Origin: Promethearchaeati archaeon
Lineage (GTDB): Archaea; Asgardarchaeota; Heimdallarchaeia; Heimdallarchaeales; Heimdallarchaeaceae
Length of the DNA: 64,000 bases
Direction: 5' to 3'
NCBI GenBank assembly: GCA_013166775.1
Contig: JABLTJ010000010.1
Coordinates: forward strand, 1-64,000
Shown here: positions 10,915 to 21,169 of the stretch, piece after piece
How the letters are laid out: every line of letters starts with the position of its first letter
How positions within the stretch are numbered: the stretch's first letter is position 1
Notes under the pieces: generated by a model
Database searches by the model: none
What the model was told of the DNA's origin: nothing
Seen by the model: only the letters and a program-made list of their open reading frames with translations
Position numbers and translations under genes: made by a program

Positions 10915-11820
10915 ATGACTGAAATGACTGTAATTGAAAAACAAACAAGATTTATTTCTTTTCTGATTTGTATCATGTCCTATGTTATAGCGTTGGGTGT
11001 GGCAATAGGGATAGGATTTGCATTACATCCTAGGATTCATCCAATTTTTACAGCTCTGGTAGCAGATATTGTAGCAACTCTTGTAATTTATCTGTATAGC
11101 ACTATCTTAAAGAACACTAGCTTATACGATCCTTATTGGAGTTTTATTCCAATTATTATCGCTCTTTATTGGTTATTTAGTTCAACACCAGTCAGTGAAA
11201 TCACAATTAGACAAATAGTCATCTTATTACTAGTATGTGTTTACGGAATAAGATTAACATATAATTGGAGTATCGGATGGAAAGGTTTAAGTCACGAAGA
11301 CTGGCGATATACAAAATATCGAAAAGATTTTCCAAAATGGTTCTGGGGTATTAATCTTACAGGACTTCAAATGATGCCAACCATATTAGTATTCCTTGGT
11401 TGCTTATCTCTATATCCGGCTTTAACAACTACTTTTCCAACATTCAATATCTTAACAATCTTTGGGATAATAATTGTTTCAATGGCAATTATAATCGAAA
11501 CTGTTGCTGATGAGCAACTAAGAAAATTCAATAAACAAAAAGAGAAAGGACAAATGATTTCTTCAGGATTATGGGGTTACACAAGACATCCAAATTATTT
11601 TGGTGAAATAAGTTTTTGGTGGGGATTATGGTTCTTTGCTTTATCCATAAATCCAGCTACTTACTGGTGGATGATAGTCGGACCTGTAGGTATTACAATA
11701 CTCTTCTTTGTAATCAGTATGCCAATGATGGAAAAATATCTTGTGGAAAAATATCCCAACTATGGAGATTATCAGAAAAGAGTATCAATGCTAATACCTT
11801 GGTTCTCGAGAAAAAAATAG
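10915..11820 (+). CDS. DUF1295 / steroid 5-alpha-reductase-like membrane protein
   Basis: YDPYWS, EDWRY, ADEQL, GLWGYTRHPNYFGE. Confidence 0.9.
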   Translation: MTEMTVIEKQTRFISFLICIMSYVIALGVAIGIGFALHPRIHPIFTALVADIVATLVIYLYSTILKNTSLYDPYWSFIPIIIALYWLFSSTPVSEITIRQIVILLLVCVYGIRLTYNWSIGWKGLSHEDWRYTKYRKDFPKWFWGINLTGLQMMPTILVFLGCLSLYPALTTTFPTFNILTIFGIIIVSMAIIIETVADEQLRKFNKQKEKGQMISSGLWGYTRHPNYFGEISFWWGLWFFALSINPATYWWMIVGPVGITILFFVISMPMMEKYLVEKYPNYGDYQKRVSMLIPWFSRKK

Positions 11821-11859
11821 TTCTCTTTTTGATTATTGAAAAAAAGTGAAGGGTGTAAA

Positions 11860-12381
11860 TTAAGTTACCCAACGAGAGAAGAAGAATAGTAGTATTATAC
11901 CTCCAGCTAGAATTATTAGACCATTTATTAGCAGGAACAAAAACGACGATACGCCGGGCATAGTTTTCCTACCTTTTTCATTTCTCCAGAAGATGTGTAT
12001 TAAAGCAGAACCTTCCCAACCTTCAGGCATAAGATCCAAAAACAGATGGGATGCGTGACCAACTAAATACATGGCAAATATTGGTACTAAGAAAACAAAA
12101 TCTCCTGTCAAATCTTTTCTTGTAAGGTAAACAGGTAGTGTAAATGCGATTGGTAAAATGAATGAGTGGGTTAAGACATTCCTGTGAGGTAAGAGTTTTT
12201 GCCACAAAACATCATAATCAGGCAATTGTGCTCCAAAATGACATGCAAAGAATGAGAGTATCATCCATACAGAATGTTTAACGTCAATAGTAGCAAAATT
12301 TACACCACTGAAGAAATGATAGAGTACTATTATAACAATCCAAGCTGAGGTTGCTCCAAGAAGATGACCTTTACGATGCAA
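11860..12381 (-). CDS. Membrane metal-dependent hydrolase (YdjM/DUF457-like)
   Basis: GH, LPDYD, HRNVLTHS, SHLFLD. Confidence 0.8.
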   Translation of the reverse strand: MHRKGHLLGATSAWIVIIVLYHFFSGVNFATIDVKHSVWMILSFFACHFGAQLPDYDVLWQKLLPHRNVLTHSFILPIAFTLPVYLTRKDLTGDFVFLVPIFAMYLVGHASHLFLDLMPEGWEGSALIHIFWRNEKGRKTMPGVSSFLFLLINGLIILAGGIILLFFFSRWVT

Positions 12382-12498
12382 ATTATCACCAAACTTCAGT
12401 TACTGCAAATGATATTAGTAGTTTTTAAACTTTACAGCTAAAATATATTAAGCTAAGATTTTTTAAAGAATTATAACATAACTGAATGTGTGATTTAG

Positions 12499-13458
12499 AT
12501 GAGCAATGAAATGATTGAAATAGTTGAGGAAATTGAAGAACCCAAGAAAGAGAATATATGGTTCTTAATTTTAGGTGTCTTGATTCTCTATGGTTTAATC
12601 CTGGTTTTTGCAAACAACATTCTAGGAAGAATTGTTAGTTCTGAAACTCTAGAATCTAAGCCTTATCTATACCAAATCAATCTATTTGTAATCCTTCTTG
12701 TATTCTTCTTAGTCATTGTACCCTTTTTATTCAGAATTCCAGAGCGTAATCAAACCTACCTGCAATTTCTCAAGAAAATAAAACTAATAAAAATTCAACC
12801 AATCATTGCTGTATTGGGATTGGGCATAACCACAGGAGTGATTTTTTTAGTTTTCCTACTATTATCTTCCCTAGTATCTGTTGCAATTATTGGCGGGGAA
12901 TTAATCTTAGATTTCAGATTGCTTTGGGTAGGCTATGGGTTTTCAGAATATCTCTATCGAGCACTGATACCCGGTATATGGGAAGAAGTAGCATTCAGAG
13001 GAATAGTGCTAGTGCTACTCCTGAAGAAATATTCGAAACAAAATTCAATAATAATAAACTCAATACTTTTTGGACTATTCCATCTCATAAATTTAGTTAA
13101 TATGCGATATTCGATATATCCTGAAGTTGTGGCAATAAATGTAATATTCCAAGTAATTTATACTACAGCAGCAGGTTTTGTTTTTGCATATCTGTTTGTT
13201 AAAACTGAGAGTCTCATACCTTCGATTCTATCTCATTTTACTTTAGATGCATTTGGTCCCTTTCTACAAACGATTGTGTTTGGAACACTCAGCTTAGCAG
13301 ATATAGCTATTCTTAGAACAAGCCAAACAGTGTTAGGAATTGGCTTAATCCCTGCAATTGTTAATGTTCTCATAATCTACTTAGTTTATTGGTTGTGGAA
13401 GAAAAAAAGATTCTTTGAACCTGTTATCTTAGAAGATAAGATGAAGCTAATTGAATGA
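12499..13458 (+). CDS. CPBP family (CAAX/Abi) intramembrane glutamic protease
   Basis: EEVAFRG, FGLFH, H..LD motifs. Confidence 0.9.
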   Translation: MSNEMIEIVEEIEEPKKENIWFLILGVLILYGLILVFANNILGRIVSSETLESKPYLYQINLFVILLVFFLVIVPFLFRIPERNQTYLQFLKKIKLIKIQPIIAVLGLGITTGVIFLVFLLLSSLVSVAIIGGELILDFRLLWVGYGFSEYLYRALIPGIWEEVAFRGIVLVLLLKKYSKQNSIIINSILFGLFHLINLVNMRYSIYPEVVAINVIFQVIYTTAAGFVFAYLFVKTESLIPSILSHFTLDAFGPFLQTIVFGTLSLADIAILRTSQTVLGIGLIPAIVNVLIIYLVYWLWKKKRFFEPVILEDKMKLIE

Positions 13459-13533
13459 AGTAACTAAAACTATATTTATTTTTTATTCTTTCTTCTGATT
13501 TTTTCTATTTTTTTAAGTAAACCTTTTACTTTT

Positions 13534-13556
13534 ATACTGAAGGCTTTATTCAGTAT
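13534..13556. terminator. Hairpin between convergent genes
   Basis: atactgaa-N7-ttcagtat inverted repeat beside T-rich tracts. Confidence 0.35.
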
Positions 13557-13582
13557 GATTCATAACCTGTTTCATATATAAT

Positions 13583-14080
13583 TTATTCATAACCTGAGAG
13601 ACATACCATGGTGTGAGTACGTTGAACACCATCAATAGAAGTGATGATTTTAAGATTTTGTTCGAGAGTGTCAATGCCTTCAGTTTTCATTTTGATCATA
13701 GCATCATATTCACCAGCGAGGTGATGCATTTCGATAATATCTAGCTCTTCATGACGTTTCCAGAGATTCTGAGCAGTAAAATCCCAAACACTAGCAGCAC
13801 GATCTAAGACAACAAGGATGATAGCGGTGATTTCCTTACCAAGTTTCTTGTCATCAGTAATAATTGTATAGCCAGTAATAATATCATTTTTCTCTAATGA
13901 TTTAATACGTGTATGAACAGTTTGGCGAGTGATACTATCAACTATTTCATTCTCTTGTAATTTAATTGAGATTTCTTCTTTAGGTAAACGACTATCACTT
14001 TTGAGATATTCAATTATCTTTTTATCAATGTTATCAATACGCATAATATCCACTTTTTGACATTTGTTAAGTTTGAACAA
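13583..14080 (-). CDS. Lrp/AsnC transcriptional regulator
   Basis: IDNIDKKII...HTH...II.GYT and a RAM domain (AGEYD); likely start at ATG ~14044. Confidence 0.92.
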   Translation of the reverse strand: MFKLNKCQKVDIMRIDNIDKKIIEYLKSDSRLPKEEISIKLQENEIVDSITRQTVHTRIKSLEKNDIITGYTIITDDKKLGKEITAIILVVLDRAASVWDFTAQNLWKRHEELDIIEMHHLAGEYDAMIKMKTEGIDTLEQNLKIITSIDGVQRTHTMVCLSGYE

Positions 14081-14242
14081 ATCTATTAATGATTATGTCA
14101 AAATAACAATAGTATATACGTTTAAATATTTAACTATAGTTAAGTGATTAACAAAAAAGCACATGATGTGTAATGTGAAATCTTATAAATGCGTATTTTT
14201 GTAAAATATTTAGTTAGAATCAACTTAATGGTAGAATGAAAG

Positions 14243-15589
14243 ATGGTATTAGAAATTAATCCAAAAAATTTAGAAATTAGTTTCGCTGATTGGGTAGAAA
14301 AAATACCTGAAAGTGAGATTAGAAGATTGTTAAGGTACTCTCCAAAATATTATTTTGGTGGAGGTAAACCAGGCTTACTACCTGTACAAACTTTTCACAA
14401 AATAATCGAAGAAATCGTTGTCGATGAGAAAAAACTTTTGAGAGAAAATTCTACGAGATCTCTAGATAATTACAATTATGGTAAAACTGAAGGGAATGAT
14501 GACTTAAGAGAAGTTCTTGCTCAACGTCTAAATAGAAAGGACAAAGTTAACTGTACTAAAGATGATTTAGTGATTACAACAGGTTCTCAGCAAATACTCT
14601 ATGCTCTAAATGATGTTTTAATTAGACCAGGAGATATAATTTTAGTTCCTCGACCAACTTATCTTGGATTCTTGAGACCAGCAGAAAAAATGGGTGCGAA
14701 AATAATTACTTTGCCTACTGATGAGAATGGAATGATAACTGAATATATTGATGTAGCTATTAAACTATGTAAGAAAGAGTTTGGTAGAAACCCTAAAGTT
14801 CTCTATGTTTTACCTTATTCAGATAATCCTAAAGGAACTACTTTGTCTAATAAAAGGAAGCAAGAGATTATAGATACTGTCTTCCCTCATAATGATATTT
14901 TAATTATTGAAGATGCAGCCTATAAAGAGATTCAATTTGATGACAAAGAATATCATCCGTTGAAAGAGCATGATACTGAAAATCAGAGGATAGCTTATCT
15001 TTCTTCAACAACAAAAGAAGCTGCTTCATTCAGATTGGGGTATCATGTTCTTCCAGATAGAATCAGAGATGCAGTAATCAAAGCGAAAGGGTACTATGAT
15101 CTGTGTACATCAGAATTTACACAAAGAATAGCTTCGAAATACTATGAGAAACACATTGATGAGCAAATTCCAATTATTCAACAGGGGTATAAATTGAGAA
15201 GAGATGCAATGGTAAAAGCTGTTGATGAATTTATGCCCGAGGGAATATTTACTCTACCAACTGGTGGATTCTTTGTCTGGTATGAAACAAAAGATAAGGC
15301 GTTTGATTCAAAAATATTCGTAGAGGAAGCTTTAGAAAATGGTATGAGTTTTGTTCCAGGATATTCATTTTTCCCATCCACAGGTTATAGTATAACCGAA
15401 GAAAATTCTTTGATCCATGGTAAAACAAGCACAAATACTATGAGATTAGGATACTCCTTACTCTCCCCAGAATTAATTACTGAGGGAATTGAAAAATTAG
15501 GTGATTTAATGTATGAAAGTCAGAAACGGAATACTAAAAAAGTAAAATGTTTAGGAACGCTGGAAGATTATTCAAAATTCTGGTTCTAG
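14243..15589 (+). CDS. Class I/II PLP-dependent aminotransferase
   Basis: TTGSQQ, NPKG, IIEDAAY, PLP lysine in SSTTK...RLG; divergent from the Lrp gene. Confidence 0.9.
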   Translation: MVLEINPKNLEISFADWVEKIPESEIRRLLRYSPKYYFGGGKPGLLPVQTFHKIIEEIVVDEKKLLRENSTRSLDNYNYGKTEGNDDLREVLAQRLNRKDKVNCTKDDLVITTGSQQILYALNDVLIRPGDIILVPRPTYLGFLRPAEKMGAKIITLPTDENGMITEYIDVAIKLCKKEFGRNPKVLYVLPYSDNPKGTTLSNKRKQEIIDTVFPHNDILIIEDAAYKEIQFDDKEYHPLKEHDTENQRIAYLSSTTKEAASFRLGYHVLPDRIRDAVIKAKGYYDLCTSEFTQRIASKYYEKHIDEQIPIIQQGYKLRRDAMVKAVDEFMPEGIFTLPTGGFFVWYETKDKAFDSKIFVEEALENGMSFVPGYSFFPSTGYSITEENSLIHGKTSTNTMRLGYSLLSPELITEGIEKLGDLMYESQKRNTKKVKCLGTLEDYSKFWF

Positions 15590-15593
15590 AAAA

Positions 15594-16061
15594 ATGAACC
15601 AGTTTAATAAAGTGATATTAATGGTTGAGAAAAACATAGTAAATGAAGCTAAGAGATATTGGAAACACGGGCATAATTGTGCTCAATCAGCAGCTGGTGG
15701 GATCTTAGATTATTTTGGTTTTGAATCTGAGAGTGAAATACTGAATAAATCCTTCTTACCTTACGGTGGAGGAATTGGAGAAAGATCTATATGCGGATCA
15801 TTAGTAGGAGCTTTGGGTGCTCTGAGTTTTCTACTGAAGGAGAAAGGATTAGATAATGAAAAAATATATGCGAAAATTAAGGTTCTAAAAACAGCTTTCG
15901 CAGAATCAAATGGTTCTCTCTATTGTAAAGAGCTTCTTGATGGGTATATTGATCAAGATGGTAAAATAGATATAGAAAATCCAGAGAGAAAAAAAGTGTG
16001 TGATCAGACAGTAGAAACAGTTGTTCTAATTGTAAAGGATATTGTTGAAAATATAAACTAG
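15594..16061 (+). CDS. C_GCAxxG_C_C family putative redox protein
   Basis: NCAQS, GGGIG..SICGS, LYC and a terminal Cys. Confidence 0.85.
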   Translation: MNQFNKVILMVEKNIVNEAKRYWKHGHNCAQSAAGGILDYFGFESESEILNKSFLPYGGGIGERSICGSLVGALGALSFLLKEKGLDNEKIYAKIKVLKTAFAESNGSLYCKELLDGYIDQDGKIDIENPERKKVCDQTVETVVLIVKDIVENIN

Positions 16062-16121
16062 TTTCTTACTCTCTTTATTTTTTATGAAAAGTTTCTTATT
16101 TTGTTATACTCTTTATAAATT

Positions 16122-16619
16122 ATGAAACGAGAAATTCGTTTGGAGAACCTCTATTTAGATTATGGTAAAGAAAGATTTCTAAACTGGTGTCGTACTCTCT
16201 ATAGTTTTAGATTCATCAAATCTCATTCTTATCCAGATGATATGAATCCAGATCGATTTATTGCTCTTATAAATTTTAAAGATGAAGATGAACTGCGAAA
16301 TTTTGTTAATATCATGAAAATTGAATCAGATGTCGATATACAAGAAGCTATCACATCAGAATCTTATTTCTCTGGAAAAGCAAAAGTAAATGAAACTACA
16401 TGTTATATCGAAATTAACAAGGTTCTGAAAAACTTGGTTTTTGTGGTTTCCGGAACAGAGGAAGATCAGTTTGCTTTAGATGATTCAACTTTTCAAAGGG
16501 CAAAGAAAATTGATCAATTCTTATCTGAACTCAATATGGTATTTGTTAGTTCTCCTTACGATGATGTATATAGTATAACTCCTGAATTTTATCCTTCAGT
16601 TTGGAATAAAGAACACTGA
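16122..16619 (+). CDS. Hypothetical protein
   Basis: 165-aa ORF with normal composition; no motif recognised. Confidence 0.65.
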   Translation: MKREIRLENLYLDYGKERFLNWCRTLYSFRFIKSHSYPDDMNPDRFIALINFKDEDELRNFVNIMKIESDVDIQEAITSESYFSGKAKVNETTCYIEINKVLKNLVFVVSGTEEDQFALDDSTFQRAKKIDQFLSELNMVFVSSPYDDVYSITPEFYPSVWNKEH

Positions 16620-16620
16620 C

Positions 16621-17775
16621 CTAAGGTGGTAGTAATCTCTGCTTTTCAGCTCTTCTGAATTTGTTTAGTCGAAGTTGGAGAAGCATAGCTAAACCTTGTT
16701 TTAACATAGTTTTTTCAATATATTCTTGGAGTTCTTCGTTATTATTAGTATTACCTATTTCTCTCTCTTGATTACGGATTGTTAATGTAGTTATATCTTT
16801 CATCATTTTGGAATATATTTTCATAACATCCTTATTTTTTCTTTCAGCTTTCAATATTGCTTTTGCAGCTATCCTTCCTGATAGTGCTGCAGAATCCATC
16901 CCTACTCCCCTAGTTGGGTCAACTAATCCTGCTGCATCTCCAGCCATTAGAATTCTGTTCCTTCCCAACCACACACGATTTTTTGAGTGTAGATTCATTG
17001 AAGTTTTATATCCTTCCCTTTTAATAATTTCTCCAGTGATGTTAAATTCCTTTTTTACATGATTGTAGAATTTTTCTTGCCTTTCGTTTACATTGGTGTC
17101 GTTGCATCCAGTCCCTATTACCCAATAATCCTTACGATCATCTAGTGTTTTCTTGTATATCCAAGCAAACATTGCATTATTCCAATCTAGATTCCAAAAT
17201 TGATATAGAGTTTCCTGATCTAAATCAGCTTCACCATCGATATAATAATTTAATGTTGCTCCTTCAAAATCAGATGAGAAATCTTCAGGACGAAGTTGAG
17301 AACGAATTTTAGGACGTAAACCAGTTGCATCAATGAAATATTTTGCTTTAAATTTCATATCTTTCTTTTCTTTAGGTTTAACTAAATTCACTAAAATCTG
17401 GTCTTTTTGTTCTTCTATACTCTGACAAACGATATCATCAATGAATTCTGCTCCAGAATCCTGAGCAAGAATGTTTAACCAATGATCAAAGGATTTCCTC
17501 ATAAAATTAAACATTTTAAATGGAGAACCTACTGATTTTCCATCAGGAAGAATCATTTTAATTTTTTTTAACTCAACGTTGCACAGACGATCTTGAGGAA
17601 TTTTTTCTCCTAATATTTTTTCAAAATAACCAAACTGTATACCCGAACATGGTTTATTTCTAGGAGTTTTTCTTCTCTCAACAAGGAGAGTTTTTAAACC
17701 TCCTCTTGTTGCGAATTTAGCTGCTGTAGAACCTGCAATACCTCCACCAGCAACAATTAAATCATACTCCAACAT
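16621..17775 (-). CDS. Geranylgeranyl reductase family FAD-dependent oxidoreductase
   Basis: GGGIAG, KPCSG, DATG, GDAAG...P..G.G. Confidence 0.88.
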   Translation of the reverse strand: MLEYDLIVAGGGIAGSTAAKFATRGGLKTLLVERRKTPRNKPCSGIQFGYFEKILGEKIPQDRLCNVELKKIKMILPDGKSVGSPFKMFNFMRKSFDHWLNILAQDSGAEFIDDIVCQSIEEQKDQILVNLVKPKEKKDMKFKAKYFIDATGLRPKIRSQLRPEDFSSDFEGATLNYYIDGEADLDQETLYQFWNLDWNNAMFAWIYKKTLDDRKDYWVIGTGCNDTNVNERQEKFYNHVKKEFNITGEIIKREGYKTSMNLHSKNRVWLGRNRILMAGDAAGLVDPTRGVGMDSAALSGRIAAKAILKAERKNKDVMKIYSKMMKDITTLTIRNQEREIGNTNNNEELQEYIEKTMLKQGLAMLLQLRLNKFRRAEKQRLLPP

Positions 17776-17914
17776 ATGAATTACAATTTTTGGTGTATTG
17801 CTTAAATGTTACCCTCTAGGTATAAATATTTGGGGATTCTTTTCAGATATCTAGAATATGCTACATTAGAAAAGGATACATAATATTTTTAGGATAAGAA
17901 TCAGCATTTCAGTC

Positions 17915-18550
17915 ATGAGCTCTTCTAATCCCCATTGCATCTGTATTTGGGAAGAAGAAGAATCATGCGAAGATTGTGAACTTAAAGGGCGATTACACTG
18001 TCATTTAGATACGAGATATTCAGTCATTTTTGGTATACCCTTCTTCATTGCATTCATCCCAACTTTCGTAGGTTTAATTCTGCTTGATTATCCATTAAAT
18101 CTTATCTCAACTCTTACTTGGATTGGATACATAATTTTCTTTTTTCTAATTTGGGAACCCCCCATTCTTTGTGCTCATTGTCCTTATTATGCTGAAGGTG
18201 AAACTAAGTTTCTGCATTGTTCAATTAATTATGGTTTTTTTAAAACAGCAAAATTCAAACCAGGTCCAGCTAGTTTGTGGGAAAAGATTCAGTTTCTAAT
18301 TGGAGCAAATCTAATTTTTGTAATTCCGATGATTTTTCTGATTATTAGTCAGAAATGGGTATATTTAGGTATACTAGTTTTTGGTGTAGTTGTATGGTAC
18401 ATTGTTATTCAATGGAAAATATGCACCGATTGCATAAATTTCTCTTGTATTCTTAATAAAGTCCCCAAAGAAATAAGGGATGAATTCTTGAAAAAAAATC
18501 CCGAAATGTATGGAGCTTGGAAAAAGAGTGGGTATAAATTTGATGAATAG
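17915..18550 (+). CDS. Cys/His-rich membrane protein
   Basis: 4 TM; CEDC, HCH, CAHCPYY, CTDCINFSC. Confidence 0.7.
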   Translation: MSSSNPHCICIWEEEESCEDCELKGRLHCHLDTRYSVIFGIPFFIAFIPTFVGLILLDYPLNLISTLTWIGYIIFFFLIWEPPILCAHCPYYAEGETKFLHCSINYGFFKTAKFKPGPASLWEKIQFLIGANLIFVIPMIFLIISQKWVYLGILVFGVVVWYIVIQWKICTDCINFSCILNKVPKEIRDEFLKKNPEMYGAWKKSGYKFDE

Positions 18551-18570
18551 TTTTTTATTTACCACTTCTA

Positions 18571-19107
18571 TTGTCTGTTTTAATGAAAATACGACTTGCA
18601 AAAGCTTCTGATGCAGAAGGAATTGCATATGCTGGAGTAAAAACCTGGCAAACAAATTATAGAGGAATCTTCCCTGATGAGGAACTTGATAAACTATCAT
18701 TTAAGGAGGCTATTGGAAGGTGGAAAAAATCTCTTTTATTGAACAGAATCAAAGAAAATTTACAGATTATTGTTGCTGAAGATTTGGAAAAAGGAATTGT
18801 AGGATTTGCTGCAGGAGGAAAGTATGAAAACACAGATCCCTATGATTGTGAAATTGGAGCGATTTATGTGCTTAATGAACATCAAAGAAAGGGAGTAGGA
18901 ACGAAACTTGTAGAGAAAAAAGTAGAATTCTTTCAAACCAAAGGATGGAAATCAATGATAATATGGGCTCTAAAAGACAATTTCCAAAAAGGTTTTTATG
19001 AAAAACTTGGAGGGAAACCTAAAGAAACACAACCATATGAGAAGTGGGGAATGAAATACGAACTTGTTGGGTATGTTTGGGAAGATATAAATGAAATAAT
19101 TTTTTAA
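18571..19107 (+). CDS. GNAT N-acetyltransferase
   Basis: IYV..EHQRKGVG, FYEKLGG. Confidence 0.9.
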   Translation: MSVLMKIRLAKASDAEGIAYAGVKTWQTNYRGIFPDEELDKLSFKEAIGRWKKSLLLNRIKENLQIIVAEDLEKGIVGFAAGGKYENTDPYDCEIGAIYVLNEHQRKGVGTKLVEKKVEFFQTKGWKSMIIWALKDNFQKGFYEKLGGKPKETQPYEKWGMKYELVGYVWEDINEIIF

Positions 19108-19132
19108 AATATAATTATAAAAAAATATGCTC

Positions 19133-19234
19133 TTAAAGGCTTCCTTTTTGAAGAATGAAAGCTTCTAATGCATTTCTTCTATCTTTATTGATTGCTTTTT
19201 GAAGTTTTTTCTGGTTTTTTGTTTTATCAGTCAT
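19133..19234 (-). CDS. 33-aa basic microprotein, copy 1 (not in ORF track)
   Basis: MTDKTKNQKKLQKAINKDRRNALEAFILQKGSL; frame and length are conserved in copy 2, with synonymous changes. Confidence 0.7.
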   Translation of the reverse strand: MTDKTKNQKKLQKAINKDRRNALEAFILQKGSL

Positions 19235-19261
19235 TTTTTTTCGCCAACCAAACATCAGTTT

Positions 19262-19305
19262 CTATTTAAATAGCAATTGCCCACACGATGTGAACACAAG
19301 TTGTG
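19262..19305 (-). promoter_or_regulatory. TATA box and tandem CACA-N3-TGTG boxes upstream of the microprotein
   Basis: ctatttaaatag 19262-19273; cacacgatgtg 19282-19292; cacaagttgtg 19295-19305; retained at 20672-20715. Confidence 0.6.
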
Positions 19306-19359
19306 ACCTAAAGAAAAGTAGAAATCTAAAAAGTGAATTATGAAATCAAAAGGAAAATG

Positions 19360-20316
19360 TTAAAATGATATATTGGGGAATTCTATTCTCTCATTTAGCA
19401 TTTCTTCTTGAACTTCTTTTTTAATTTTAATATAAGTTTCATTGTCTTCTATATCTAATTCCCTTTCTATTCTTTGAAGGATTCTTTCGTAGAACTCTTT
19501 CATCAGACCTTTAAGTACAATCCTAAACCCATGATAAGCCCAGAAAGCTTCTAGATAATCTTTAGCTTCATAAATCACCGTTCTTTCTGCCTTCTTTTCA
19601 TATCCAGGGAAAATGACCATATCCTCTGCAAACTTACTGAAACTATATAGTATTTCAACAATTATTGGGCCAGAAAGAACATAAGGTTTTATCTCTTTAA
19701 GTTTCGTTATTCTTTCAAATGCTTTTTCTTCTAATTGTTTGTATATTTCTTTTAATGGAAAACAGACAAATTTATCTCCTTCCTTTTTCTTAACAGAAAC
19801 TGTTGCAATATCTGGGAAATAATGATTAGCTTCCTTTATAGCTGCATCATCTCCACTAACTAATATTGTTGGGACACCAAAATATCCTGCTAACCAAGCT
19901 GCTTGCTCAATTTCCCCAATAGGTTTTTCATTCATTCGTAAAACCGTAAATCCAGAATTTGTATGAGCTATAAAACCATCGATAGTACCTTCCTGTGCAT
20001 GAAGGCCAATTAAAACTAATGCATCATAATTTCCTAATTTTTCTGAACGAATAAGTTCTGCTAGTGTAACCATCCATCCTCCTCCCAAATAAGATGCAAT
20101 TTCATCAAGATCTTCTAATATCACATTATCTCCCATACCATGACCATCAAAGATGTCTACTTGAATTACTCCAGCTGACTTCAGTCCTTTAATCGCAGCA
20201 TTGATCTCAGCTGTTATTAGATGTTTGTAATTATTATCTTTAAAACCTGTATCTGGATCATCAATTCCAGAAACTCCCTCAATATCAATCCAAATTAATA
20301 CTTTCATAATATTCAC
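19360..20316 (-). CDS. dppA: M55 family D-aminopeptidase
   Basis: DIEGVSG, DGHG, IGLHA, AHT, GE and SGDD metal-binding motifs. Confidence 0.88.
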   Translation of the reverse strand: MNIMKVLIWIDIEGVSGIDDPDTGFKDNNYKHLITAEINAAIKGLKSAGVIQVDIFDGHGMGDNVILEDLDEIASYLGGGWMVTLAELIRSEKLGNYDALVLIGLHAQEGTIDGFIAHTNSGFTVLRMNEKPIGEIEQAAWLAGYFGVPTILVSGDDAAIKEANHYFPDIATVSVKKKEGDKFVCFPLKEIYKQLEEKAFERITKLKEIKPYVLSGPIIVEILYSFSKFAEDMVIFPGYEKKAERTVIYEAKDYLEAFWAYHGFRIVLKGLMKEFYERILQRIERELDIEDNETYIKIKKEVQEEMLNERIEFPNISF

Positions 20317-20398
20317 CTAACTAATAATTTATTCGAATATGCATTTAATTCTAACACTTATAATCTTTTAGTGTGATAAATATAGAATATCCAGCATA

Positions 20399-20524
20399 TT
20401 GATTGATTTTTATGAAAAACTAGGAGGAGAACTCAAAGAAACACAGATTTATGAAAAATGGGGAAAGAAGTATAATCTTACTGGTTATATGTGGGTGGGT
20501 ATAAAAGAAATAATTTTAGAATAA
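20399..20524 (+). pseudogene. 5'-truncated remnant of the GNAT gene at 18571
   Basis: Translates DFYEKLGGELKETQIYEKWGKKYNLTGYMW, matching the C-terminus of 18571..19107. Confidence 0.8.
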
Positions 20525-20542
20525 AATACAAAAGTGATGCAA

Positions 20543-20644
20543 TTAAAGGCTTCCCTTTTGAAGAATAAAAGCCTCTAATGCATTTCTTCGATCCTTTTTG
20601 ATTGCTTTTTGAAGTTTTTTCTGGGTTTTTATTTTTTCAATCAT
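20543..20644 (-). CDS. 33-aa basic microprotein, copy 2 (not in ORF track)
   Basis: MIEKIKTQKKLQKAIKKDRRNALEAFILQKGSL. Confidence 0.7.
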   Translation of the reverse strand: MIEKIKTQKKLQKAIKKDRRNALEAFILQKGSL

Positions 20645-20766
20645 TTTTTTTCGCCAACCTAACATCAGTTTCTATTTAAATAGCAATTGCCCACACAATG
20701 TTAACACAAGTTGTGACATAACTAGTGAATAAATCAAAAAAATTGTAAACCTAGTATTTGATTTTC

Positions 20767-20982
20767 TTAATCTAATACTCTCTTCTTTCTATAAAGAATG
20801 TATTCTACTGGAACAATGTGACCGTCATTATAATGTTTCAGAACAGCATCTAAATTTTGAGCACAATAGTGATTATTTATGGAACATAAAGCACTGATTT
20901 CTGAAATATCATACCAATTGTCTCCATCTACGCTACATTCTGCTAATCCGTATTGTCTGATGAAAAGATTATCTGTAATCAT
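20767..20982 (-). CDS. Hypothetical small protein or gene fragment
   Basis: 71-aa ORF only; no motif recognised. Confidence 0.4.
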   Translation of the reverse strand: MITDNLFIRQYGLAECSVDGDNWYDISEISALCSINNHYCAQNLDAVLKHYNDGHIVPVEYILYRKKRVLD

Positions 20983-21169
20983 ATGAATTAAGACAGATTT
21001 TAATTTAAAAAGAGTGAAAATATCGAATGACCTTTAGTGTCTCAAAGTTTCAAGAAAAAATTCAGTTGCACTTACTGAAATTCTTTTTAACTGAAAAAAA
21101 CCTATTCATATGATAACCTAGTTAATTCAGAACGGTTTATCGAATTCAGTTTCAATTTAACTGACAAAG

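Larger units (their letters stand above)
18994..20721. repeat. Diverged direct duplication (~18994-19311 and ~20408-20721) flanking the M55 peptidase gene
   Basis: Both copies contain the GNAT 3' end, the 33-aa ORF and its promoter; offset ~1410 bp. Confidence 0.9.

Noticed and set aside
14160-14170. CACATGATGTG in the lrp/aminotransferase intergenic region, matching the microprotein boxes
   Set aside because: A single match with 8 specified bases is roughly expected by chance in 64 kb; not enough to claim a shared regulon.
18994-20721. Direct repeats flanking dppA as a transposon or integrated element
   Set aside because: No transposase, terminal inverted repeats or target-site duplication; the copies are diverged and contain gene parts, which fits an old tandem duplication.
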